The notes below the pieces were generated by a model. That model was not told the origin of the DNA, did no database searches, and saw nothing but the letters and a program-made list of their open reading frames with translations. A DNA stretch of 64,000 nt from NCBI GenBank assembly GCA_937907525.1, contig CALCIB010000187.1, positions 390-64,389 of the forward strand. The letters are read 5' to 3'. The DNA comes from an uncultured Planctomycetales bacterium. GTDB taxonomy: Bacteria; Planctomycetota; Planctomycetia; Isosphaerales; Isosphaeraceae. The position numbers and the translations under genes were made by a program. Shown here piece after piece: positions 42,743 through 50,810 of the stretch (positions within the stretch are counted from its first letter, which is position 1; each line of letters opens with the position of its first letter).

Positions 42743-44863
42743 ATGCCCCCGAGCTTCGATTTCGATCCGTACGAAGTCCCATTGTCAAGTCCGGCCGCGA
42801 CGGTCCAAGTCTGCCGGTACGATCCGGAGGTCGAAGTCGGGGCCGCGTTCGCGGCGCTCCCGAACGTGATCTGCGAGCGGATCCGCCACGCGGAAGGCCC
42901 CGAGCCGCCGACGGCCTGGTTCCGCTACGTCCTCGACGACGCCGCCCCCTCCGATCCCGCTCCGTTCGACTTCGGTCGGTTATGGCCCCAGAGCGCCGCG
43001 GGCCCTTACGTCGTCAGAAACGACGACCGTCTCGTCGTCCTGGTCCGCGGCGCCCACGGCGAATCCCACGTCCTGTTCGACGGGTTCGCACAGACGTCCC
43101 AGATCGATCTGGAACCTCATTCCCAGCGAGTCTCCTTCCTCGCGGTGGGAGTCGCGATCCGGTGCTGGGACGAACCGATCGGCGGACGTCTCCAGCGCCA
43201 CGCCGACGCCACGGAGGACGGCGACGCGGTCCTAGTCCAACTCCCAGCCCGTTTCAACCCCGACGGAAGGCCGAACTGCACTCCGGACGGAGCCGACGTC
43301 GAACGATCCGACGCCTCGGCACGCCACCCCGCGTTCCTGGATCCGGACCTTGATCGCGACCCCGACCCCAGGACCTACTGGACCCTGGGGAAGTTCGTCC
43401 GCTACGTCCTCGCGGTACACAACGATCAGGCCGTCGTGAAGAACCCGGACTTCGATCTCCTGGACGCCCTCCTCCAGTCCAAGGGACCGGCGCCGGGCGC
43501 GAACCCTCTCGGGCGGGGCACGGCCGCCGACGTGGTCGTCCGCGACTACGACGCGACGAACAAGCCATGGCCCGAGGCCCTCGCCGAGCAACTGGAACTC
43601 ACGGGGTTCGGAATGCGGTTCGTCACGGCCGAGGACGACGACGGCTCGCCGCGCACCGACCTGGAGGTCTACCGAAAGGACGCGGACGCCGGCGGCCCGC
43701 TCCGCGACTTGCTCCTGTCAAAAGCCGGGTCCGGCCTCAATCCCGCGCGCTGCAACGTCGCGTCTCTGCATCTCCGTCGAGACTTCCGCTCGATCGTGAA
43801 CGCGGTGACGGTCGAAACGGCCCAGCGTCGCGTCGAGGCGTCGTTCGTGCTGGCCCCCGGCTTCACTCCTTCCGCGGGCGACGAGTCGGCCGGCCAACGG
43901 GTCCGATTCCTTCGATCCAACCTCGCCGCGGCCGCCGGGGAAGACGATCGGAAATATCGATACTACGTCGCCGACGAGGCGGGCGACGGCCATTGGGACG
44001 CAGAGACGGCCTCCTGGTCGGAGTCCGCCCTGGACCTTGGAGCCCTGTTCCCGGACGACGAGGAAGGCAACCCCACTTACGTCAGGAGACTGCGGCCCGG
44101 CTCGACCCTTCTGGCGACCCGGGACGCGGAGGGCCGCCCGCTGCGGGCTCAACTCGCTCTGTCCCGCGACTACGCGGGGCCGACGCCGGGCTTGTGGGAC
44201 GGGACGGGCCACTGGCAGCCGATCGATGGCGGCTGGCGACTCCTGGAAGATCGGCTCGGCATTCACGTCGTGGCCGAAGATCCCGAGGCATGGGCGATCG
44301 GCGACTACACCGGCGACCATCCGCAAGAGCCCAGCAAGACCCTCCGAGGAGTAACCAGCCAGGCGAATCCGTCAGAGCCGAACGCACGCTTCGTCCTGCG
44401 CCTGACGACCGTGATCGAGGACGATCTCATGATCCCGGCTTCGGTCGAGTCGAGACCGGCGTCGCCGACTTCGTTCACCCGCCGACGAAGAGTGGACGCC
44501 CGCGACCATTTCGCCCTGGAGACGGTCGCGGCGCGGTCGCTGCACAATCCCGGATCCGAGTCTCAGACCGCGAGGGACGACACCGACCGGGCCGTCGCCT
44601 GGGCGCGCCAACTCCGCGCGGCCCACGAAATGCCGCCGACGGTCGGTTCGGCGACGCTCCCCGGCCTCGTCACCGCGTACAGGGTCGGCGACCGAGTCGC
44701 CCGGATCGACGGTCGCGACGTGGCGCTCCAGACCAACGTCGGCGAGGGCCAGGGCGAAGCCCCGGTCTACCCCACGATCTCGGCCGTCTCATGGGACTTT
44801 TCCGAGGACCGCCAGTCGACCGTCATCGAACTCACCGACGCCGACGTCGAACGCGGCGCCTGA
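42743..44863 (+). CDS. Putative baseplate hub/tail tip protein (706 aa)
   Basis: Size and position; YRVGDRVARIDG...ISAVSWDF...STVIEL C-terminus resembles hub proteins. Confidence 0.55.
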   Translation: MPPSFDFDPYEVPLSSPAATVQVCRYDPEVEVGAAFAALPNVICERIRHAEGPEPPTAWFRYVLDDAAPSDPAPFDFGRLWPQSAAGPYVVRNDDRLVVLVRGAHGESHVLFDGFAQTSQIDLEPHSQRVSFLAVGVAIRCWDEPIGGRLQRHADATEDGDAVLVQLPARFNPDGRPNCTPDGADVERSDASARHPAFLDPDLDRDPDPRTYWTLGKFVRYVLAVHNDQAVVKNPDFDLLDALLQSKGPAPGANPLGRGTAADVVVRDYDATNKPWPEALAEQLELTGFGMRFVTAEDDDGSPRTDLEVYRKDADAGGPLRDLLLSKAGSGLNPARCNVASLHLRRDFRSIVNAVTVETAQRRVEASFVLAPGFTPSAGDESAGQRVRFLRSNLAAAAGEDDRKYRYYVADEAGDGHWDAETASWSESALDLGALFPDDEEGNPTYVRRLRPGSTLLATRDAEGRPLRAQLALSRDYAGPTPGLWDGTGHWQPIDGGWRLLEDRLGIHVVAEDPEAWAIGDYTGDHPQEPSKTLRGVTSQANPSEPNARFVLRLTTVIEDDLMIPASVESRPASPTSFTRRRRVDARDHFALETVAARSLHNPGSESQTARDDTDRAVAWARQLRAAHEMPPTVGSATLPGLVTAYRVGDRVARIDGRDVALQTNVGEGQGEAPVYPTISAVSWDFSEDRQSTVIELTDADVERGA

Positions 44864-44884
44864 CTCCTCGCCCGGGGACCCCTC

Positions 44885-45211
44885 ATGTCCGACGCACGAA
44901 TCATGCGCGAGCGGCAGGAAACCGCGGCCTCCGCGATCCAGCGACTGTCTCCCTCCAGCCAAAACGGCTCGGAGGCGATGGTGGCGCGGACCAAGGTCCG
45001 CGGGACCTACCCCGCGGTCGCCTCCGCCTTCTACGCCTGCGGCCCCTTGCGAATCGACGGTCCCGAGACCGAGGGCGCGGCGGTGACGTTCACCGAGGAC
45101 CTCTCACGCACGATCATGGCGTTGAACGTCGGCTCCAAGGTCCCGCCGGTCGGCACGAAGTTGATCATCCATTCCAGCGGCGGTCGTTGGACGTTCCGCT
45201 ACGACGGTTGA
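44885..45211 (+). CDS. Hypothetical tail-tip protein (108 aa)
   Basis: In operon; paralogous to the N-terminal half of the next gene. Confidence 0.6.
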   Translation: MSDARIMRERQETAASAIQRLSPSSQNGSEAMVARTKVRGTYPAVASAFYACGPLRIDGPETEGAAVTFTEDLSRTIMALNVGSKVPPVGTKLIIHSSGGRWTFRYDG

Positions 45212-45256
45212 GCCTCCCGCGCCAAGGAACTTCTCCTCCCTACCGTTGGGTGTCCG

Positions 45257-45985
45257 ATGCCGAAAGACCCTCTCCGCCTGCTGCGTCTGAGGTGGGACGA
45301 CCTTCTGGGGCCCAACCCTCGGCACGGCCGTATCCCTCGTCTCGACCCGGACGCGCCCCCGTCCCCCGGCGCTCCAGGCTTCATCGGCCGCGTTCGAGAC
45401 GAGGGGGCGATTCCTCCCGCCGGCGAGCGAGTATTCCTCGCGAGCCCGGTAAGATTCGACGGGATCGACGCCGAGGGATCCGGCGCGGACCTCTCGACCG
45501 ACGAGTCGCGGTCGATTCCCGTCGTCGTGGTGGGCTCCCGAGCCCCCAAGGCGGGCGATCTGATCATCGTCCACGCATCCGGCGGTCGATGGGTGTCGGA
45601 GATCGGCGGCCCGCCGAAGACCGTGGCGTGCGGCGGATGCGAGGCGCCTCGTCAGAACCTCACCCTGACCTGGACGAACGGCATCCAGGGGGTCCAATCG
45701 TCTCCGATGACGTTCAACGGCCTCGACGAATGGAAGACGGGGTGTATCAACCAGATCGTTTTCCGGCTGTCCTGCCGAGCGGACGCGACGACGTTCTCGG
45801 CCGACCAGTACGCCGACGGATCTTGCCCGACCGGCCAGCCGACGACCTGCTCCAGTTCGGGATCGCCCTCGCCCGGGATGACGTTGACGATTCAGTCGTG
45901 CGACCCCTTCCTGCTTCAGTTCGCCCCGACCTCCTGTCCAGCCATTTCATCGCTTGGATACACGCGGTTCACCATCACGCGGTAA
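45257..45985 (+). CDS. Hypothetical tail-tip protein with Cys-rich C-terminal domain (242 aa)
   Basis: N-terminal half similar to 44885-45211; C-terminus with several Cys. Confidence 0.6.
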   Translation: MPKDPLRLLRLRWDDLLGPNPRHGRIPRLDPDAPPSPGAPGFIGRVRDEGAIPPAGERVFLASPVRFDGIDAEGSGADLSTDESRSIPVVVVGSRAPKAGDLIIVHASGGRWVSEIGGPPKTVACGGCEAPRQNLTLTWTNGIQGVQSSPMTFNGLDEWKTGCINQIVFRLSCRADATTFSADQYADGSCPTGQPTTCSSSGSPSPGMTLTIQSCDPFLLQFAPTSCPAISSLGYTRFTITR

Positions 45986-46091
45986 GCGGCGATTGGGCTT
46001 GTCCGCGGCCGATCGGGCCTTGTAGTCTTGGCGTCGCTTCCTGGAGGCTCGCACCACAGGGGTTCGGCCGGCCCTTCCTCCCACGAGCCTC

Positions 46092-47087
46092 ATGAACGAC
46101 ACGCCGCCGACCCCTCGCCGCGACCTCATCGCCATGATCAGCGCGATCGTCCCACTCTACAACGAGGAAGAAAGCCTCGACGAATTGTACGGGCGACTCA
46201 CCGCGTCCCTCGCGGCAATGGGGCGAGCCTACGAGATCGTCTTCGTCGACGACGGCTCCGACGACGGGACCCCCTCGTTGATCGACGAGTTGGCGGATCG
46301 CGATCGTCAAGTCGTCGCGCTGCACCTCAGCCGCAACTTCGGCCATCAGCCGGCGGTGTCCGCGGGCCTCGACCACGCGCGGGGCGAAGTCGTCGTGGTC
46401 ATCGACGGCGACCTGCAAGACCCTCCGGAACTGATCCCGAGCATGGTCGACCAATGGCGGCGGGGCTTCGAGGTCGTCTACGCGGTGCGCCGCCGTCGCG
46501 AGGAGACCTGGCCGAAACGTCTCGGTTACTTCGCCTTCTATCGGCTCCTGAACGCGGTCAGCGACATCGAGATTCCGCTCGATAGCGGCGACTTCTGCTT
46601 GATGGACCGCAAGGTCGTCGACGTCCTCAACCACCTTCCGGAACGCATGCGGTTCGTCCGGGGGCTTAGGTCCTTCGTGGGGTTCCGACAGATCGGCCTT
46701 GAATACGATCGCCCCGCGCGCGAGGCGGGTTCGCCGAAATACACGTTCCGCCGCCTGTTCGCCCTGGCGGTCGACGGGCTGATCAGCTTCAGCGGCCGTC
46801 CCCTCCGCCTGGCGACCTACCTGGGCCTGGCCGCGGTCGGCGTCGCGACCGGGCTGTCAGCCTGGATCTTCCACGACGCCTTCGCTTATGGGAAGTCCCC
46901 CCCCGGATGGGCCAGCACCGCCGTCATCGTCCTCTTCATGGGGTCGGTCCAGTTGCTGAGCCTCGGGATCATCGGCGAGTACATCCGCCTGATATTCCTG
47001 GAGGTCAAGGGACGCCCCACCTACATCGTCCGCGACCGCGCGTCCAAACCGCGGGACTCCGCGCGCCGCGAGAGCGACCGGCCCTGA
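46092..47087 (+). CDS. GT2 polyprenol-phosphate glycosyltransferase (GtrB/ArnC-like), 331 aa
   Basis: ISAIVPLYNEE, FVDDGSDD, LSRNFGHQ, VIDGDLQDPPE, GDFCLMDR, two C-terminal TM segments, LGIIGEYI..I..EVKGRP.Y. Confidence 0.92.
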   Translation: MNDTPPTPRRDLIAMISAIVPLYNEEESLDELYGRLTASLAAMGRAYEIVFVDDGSDDGTPSLIDELADRDRQVVALHLSRNFGHQPAVSAGLDHARGEVVVVIDGDLQDPPELIPSMVDQWRRGFEVVYAVRRRREETWPKRLGYFAFYRLLNAVSDIEIPLDSGDFCLMDRKVVDVLNHLPERMRFVRGLRSFVGFRQIGLEYDRPAREAGSPKYTFRRLFALAVDGLISFSGRPLRLATYLGLAAVGVATGLSAWIFHDAFAYGKSPPGWASTAVIVLFMGSVQLLSLGIIGEYIRLIFLEVKGRPTYIVRDRASKPRDSARRESDRP

Positions 47088-47117
47088 AGCGACAGGACAT
47101 TCAATACAAACATCATC

Positions 47118-47522
47118 ATGATAGAACCTGGATTCGGATCCGGACGATGCTCCGGATGCCCGCTCCCAGCCGGTTCGCGCTGCGCCGGCGTCGACGTGCC
47201 CAGGCTTTGCCAACTCGTCGATCCGGGGCACGCCTCGTTCGATCCGTCTTACGTCGCGGCTTTGACGCTCGACGCGGGACTGGCGTCGCCCACTTCGCTC
47301 CGTTCTCTCGGCGAATCGCTCCGCCTGCTGAAGGCCGCGCGATCGTGCCCTCACCGTTCCGAACGACCGGCTTGCGGATGCGCGGGGGGGGCCGAATGCG
47401 GGCTCGGGCGAGGGAACGGCGGCCTCGTCAGTCTGCGGGACTGCTTCGCCTGCATGGCCCGGACGCTTGATCTTGAGCCCGATCAAAGCGAAACAGGAGA
47501 CCGTCGTCATGACTTCCGATGA
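47118..47522 (+). CDS. Small Cys-rich hypothetical protein (134 aa)
   Basis: CSGC, CQLVD, CPHR, CGC, CFAC clusters. Confidence 0.6.
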   Translation: MIEPGFGSGRCSGCPLPAGSRCAGVDVPRLCQLVDPGHASFDPSYVAALTLDAGLASPTSLRSLGESLRLLKAARSCPHRSERPACGCAGGAECGLGRGNGGLVSLRDCFACMARTLDLEPDQSETGDRRHDFR

Positions 47523-47763
47523 GCCCGCCTCGCCCCTGGACGATCAAGGCGACTCGGCCTTGGGCGCCGCGGACGACCCACTCGGCTCGGTCGGCCTCAA
47601 CGACCGCCTCTGGCTCCGAGCGCTCATCCCGATCCTCCAATGCCTCCCCGACGATCCCCACGTCAACCCTCGCGTCCAGTTCGCCATCGACCGGCTGCGG
47701 ATCGCCACGTGCGAGCGAGCCGTCCGCATCCTCTCCTCGGACCTCGCGCCGCCGTCTCTCTGA
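47509..47763 (+). CDS. Hypothetical protein (84 aa)
   Basis: AGGAG SD; overlaps the previous stop. Confidence 0.55.
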   Translation: MTSDEPASPLDDQGDSALGAADDPLGSVGLNDRLWLRALIPILQCLPDDPHVNPRVQFAIDRLRIATCERAVRILSSDLAPPSL

Positions 47764-47976
47764 AGACGCTCGACTTAGGACCGCATCCCCCAGCGTCGCG
47801 GATCCCCGACGTCGGGACCGACGAAACGTCCGGCTTTTTCGCCTGGAATCCTGAAACGTCGACCCGCGCCACATGGATCATCCCAGTGAGCATGCGAGGA
47901 CGGACGAGCCAGGCGGCCCGGACGAACCTCCCGATCCGACCCCTCCACCTCACTCGCCTTCACGGAACAAAGTCAA

Positions 47977-48246
47977 ATGAGCATCCGGAGATCTTTTGAA
48001 TTCTCGATCGCGAGCGGCCTCGAAGGTCTGGAGCAGAGGCTCAGCCTCAGCGGGCTGATCCGAACCGCGACCGTCGGCCCTCCGATCAAGAGCGAAGAGA
48101 AACCGCCCGTGGTCCCCGACCCCGAGCCGATTCAGCCCGAGTATCCCACTCCCGATCCCGAGCCGGATCCGGGCGACTTCCCGGGGTTCCCGCCTCCTCC
48201 CGTCTTCCCTCCTCCTCCGATCGGCGGCCCCATCGGCCCCGGCTGA
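47977..48246 (+). CDS. Small Pro-rich protein with planctomycete LExRxxLS motif (89 aa)
   Basis: LEGLEQRLSLS followed by PDPEP/PPPP tracts. Confidence 0.6.
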   Translation: MSIRRSFEFSIASGLEGLEQRLSLSGLIRTATVGPPIKSEEKPPVVPDPEPIQPEYPTPDPEPDPGDFPGFPPPPVFPPPPIGGPIGPG

Positions 48247-48371
48247 GTCCGGAGGGCCGCGCCTCGCCCCTTGGGCGCCTCGCTCGCCGCGGGGCGCCCT
48301 CGCCGTGTTTCTCGACCTCGTTCGAGAGAAACCCGTGACGTCTCCACTCCCCAACCACGGATTCACCTTCA

Positions 48372-49130
48372 ATGGGCGTGTATCTGCTACATCGTCGCTG
48401 GCGAACCGGAGAGTTGGCCGCGGTGGAGGCCGAAAGCCCCGCGCACGCGGTAGAACGGATCGCCGCGGCCGGCCTCTCGCTCGCCTACGCCGATCTGAAG
48501 GGGCTCGACGCTCCGCGCCGGCGCCTGCCGGACGCCGACCTGCGCGGGGCCGACCTTGAAGCGGCGAATCTTTCACGCGCGGCCCTGGATCGGGCCGACC
48601 TCCGCACGGCCCTGCTGACCGCCGCCGACCTCCGGGGCGCCTCGCTGCGACGCGCCGACCTCCGCCGCGCGAACGCTCGCGACGCCGACTTCCGCGGAAG
48701 CGATCTCCGCGGGGCGGATTTCGCGGGAGCCGATCTTCGCGGCGCCCGCGCGACCGGGGCCCGACTCGAAGGCGCCCGGCTCGACTGGCGCTGGAGCGCG
48801 TTCGTCCTCGAACTACTCCGACGCGACGCCGGAAACCGCGAGGGCGCCCACCGTCTCGTCACGGAACTCGCGTTCGCGCCTGACGAGCGGCCCTACGCGT
48901 GGTTGGAGACGGTGACCCGCCGCTCCGCCCTCATCGGCTGGGTCGCCTCAGTGATCGGCCGCGCCGTACAACCCGGAGACGGCGTTCCCGAGGTCCTGCG
49001 CAGGCTCTCGGCGGACTCGCTCCAGGCCGCCGGGTCCCAGGCCGACGACGCTCCCGACGAGCCGGCGTCCGGCTTCTACTGGACCAGGGCGGTCCACTCC
49101 CGGAAGACTCCCCGCCACTCGCGCTTTTAA
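48372..49130 (+). CDS. Pentapeptide repeat protein (252 aa)
   Basis: A(D/N)LxxA repeats (ADLRGADLEAANLSRAALDRADLRTA...). Confidence 0.9.
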   Translation: MGVYLLHRRWRTGELAAVEAESPAHAVERIAAAGLSLAYADLKGLDAPRRRLPDADLRGADLEAANLSRAALDRADLRTALLTAADLRGASLRRADLRRANARDADFRGSDLRGADFAGADLRGARATGARLEGARLDWRWSAFVLELLRRDAGNREGAHRLVTELAFAPDERPYAWLETVTRRSALIGWVASVIGRAVQPGDGVPEVLRRLSADSLQAAGSQADDAPDEPASGFYWTRAVHSRKTPRHSRF

Positions 49131-49207
49131 TGGACCAACGGATCGGCCGCCTCTCGATACGCTCGTATTCGCGCCCCGACCTCGGCCACCACCTCAGGAG
49201 CTTCCCG

Positions 49208-49645
49208 ATGCCGTCCGCCAATCCTCTCGCCACTCGACGACGATCGACGATCGCGTCCTCCTCGCGCGACCTGGCGATGCTGCGGATCGCCCCGATCGAC
49301 TCCGCTTCGCTCCCGCGGGCGCACGTCGGCCGTCGCCAGACGAGCGGGTCGTTCAGGCTTCACGACCGCCCCAGCGGCGAGGACGTGCTCGTCTACACGC
49401 CGACGTTTCGCACTCAGTTCGAGGCGGGCCACCGCGCGGGACGTTGGTACGTCCGACCGTTGACGAACGTGGGCGGAGCGCCCAGCAGCCTGGCCTTCTC
49501 GACCGCGAAGGAGGCCGTCGAGGCCGTCGAGCGCGGCGCGTGGCGGCTCCGCCTCGTCACTCGCGCCGAGGATCGGGCCGTCGTCGGGACTCGCCACGCC
49601 CCCCGTCTCCGCGTGATCTGGAACCCCCCGGACGCCGCGAACTGA
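49208..49645 (+). CDS. Hypothetical protein (145 aa)
   Basis: AGGAG SD; ORF between pentapeptide and sigma genes. Confidence 0.55.
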   Translation: MPSANPLATRRRSTIASSSRDLAMLRIAPIDSASLPRAHVGRRQTSGSFRLHDRPSGEDVLVYTPTFRTQFEAGHRAGRWYVRPLTNVGGAPSSLAFSTAKEAVEAVERGAWRLRLVTRAEDRAVVGTRHAPRLRVIWNPPDAAN

Positions 49646-49690
49646 AACCAGGACGACCCCACGCATCCCGCACGCATCGGAGCGCCGGCC

Positions 49691-50698
49691 ATGACGATCG
49701 AGCCTTCCCCGGAAATCGCGCCTCCCGACTCGGCCTCGCCGAAGCTCCAGGCGTCGGCCGACGCGACCCCTTCGCTCTCGGCCGAGCGAGAGCGTCAACT
49801 CGCCGCTCGAATCAAAGCGGGCGATCCCGCGGCGCGCGAGGAATTGATCCTCGCCAACCTGCCGCTGGTCCGAAGCATCGCCTCGGCGTTCCGAGGCCAC
49901 GACCGGATCGTCAGCCTCGACGACCTGATCCAGGAAGGAAACCTGGGCCTCCTAAGGGCCGCGAGCGACTTCGACCCCGAGACGCACGGCGCACGGTTCG
50001 CGAACTACGCCGCGTGCTGGATACGGTATAAAATCCGCAGGGTCCTCGCCGAGCAGACGACCACCATCCGATACCCCTACTACCTCGTCCTGCTGCGACG
50101 TCGGTTCGAGAAGGCGCGCGAGCGGATGATCGCGGATCGCGGAGCGACCGCCGCCGCGGGCGAGTCGATCGAGCCGGACTTCGACGACGTGGTCGAAAGC
50201 ATGGGCGCCGCGGGCGAACGACTCAAAGTCCTTCGCGGCGTCCGCCGCGAACTCCAATCCCGTCCCACGGTCTCCATCAGCGATCCGTCCCACGACGCCG
50301 CCCTTGCGCGGACGTCCCCTCCCCAAGAACCGCTCGAACTCGCGGAATCGATGGGCCGACTCCACGCCGCGATGCGCAAGCTTACGTTGATCGAATCCTG
50401 GGTGCTCAGGCGACGTCACCGGTTTGACGAGTCCTTCGCCGGAAAAAAGGGGACGGGCCGTGGAAAGCCCCCTCGCCGCGAAAACGCGCCCGCCTCGTCC
50501 CCCTCGGCGTCCAACCGTCGAAGGTCGTTCCGGCAACTCTCGGACGAGATCGGCATGCCAATCCACCAGATCCGAGCGATCGAGCGCTCCGCGCTCTCCA
50601 AACTCCACGAACTCCTCGATCCGAAAGAAGACGGCGAAGGACCCGAGCGGATCTTGCCGCTTGATCGCCGGCGGCCCGTCTCTCGAAAATCGGCCTGA
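49691..50698 (+). CDS. Alternative sigma-70 family RNA polymerase sigma factor (335 aa)
   Basis: Region 1.2 LSAERERQLA..IKAGD.AAREELILANL.LV; region 2 DDLIQEGNLGLLRAA..FDP...RFANYAACWIR; region 4 SFRQLSDEIG.....IRAIERSALSKL. Confidence 0.9.
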   Translation: MTIEPSPEIAPPDSASPKLQASADATPSLSAERERQLAARIKAGDPAAREELILANLPLVRSIASAFRGHDRIVSLDDLIQEGNLGLLRAASDFDPETHGARFANYAACWIRYKIRRVLAEQTTTIRYPYYLVLLRRRFEKARERMIADRGATAAAGESIEPDFDDVVESMGAAGERLKVLRGVRRELQSRPTVSISDPSHDAALARTSPPQEPLELAESMGRLHAAMRKLTLIESWVLRRRHRFDESFAGKKGTGRGKPPRRENAPASSPSASNRRRSFRQLSDEIGMPIHQIRAIERSALSKLHELLDPKEDGEGPERILPLDRRRPVSRKSA

Positions 50699-50810
50699 GC
50701 CGTCGATCCGACGAATCCCCGCGGAGCGTTCTGGCCACGAGCCGATCCATCCGGGATGATGGCTGGGATCGTGCGGCGGCCGGAACTTGCAAAAGCGGGG
50801 GATCGATCCC

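Larger units (their letters stand above)
21714..45985 (+). other. Phage-derived virion morphogenesis cluster (GTA-like or defective prophage); may extend to about 47.8-50.7 kb
   Basis: About 25 co-oriented, tightly spaced ORFs in terminase-portal-scaffold-capsid-tail order; no integrase, repressor, replication or sheath gene recognised. Confidence 0.85.

Noticed and set aside
38127-45985. Contractile injection system or R-type tailocin
   Set aside because: No sheath, baseplate wedge (gpJ-like), PAAR or AAA ATPase gene recognised, and a full head module is present.
33936-45985. Diversity-generating retroelement acting on fibre genes
   Set aside because: No reverse transcriptase and no near-identical template/variable repeat pair seen; the repeats found are diverged at protein level.
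21390-50698. Active temperate prophage with att sites
   Set aside because: No integrase, repressor or replication genes, no tRNA, and no flanking direct repeat noticed by eye; not fully excluded without a computational repeat search.
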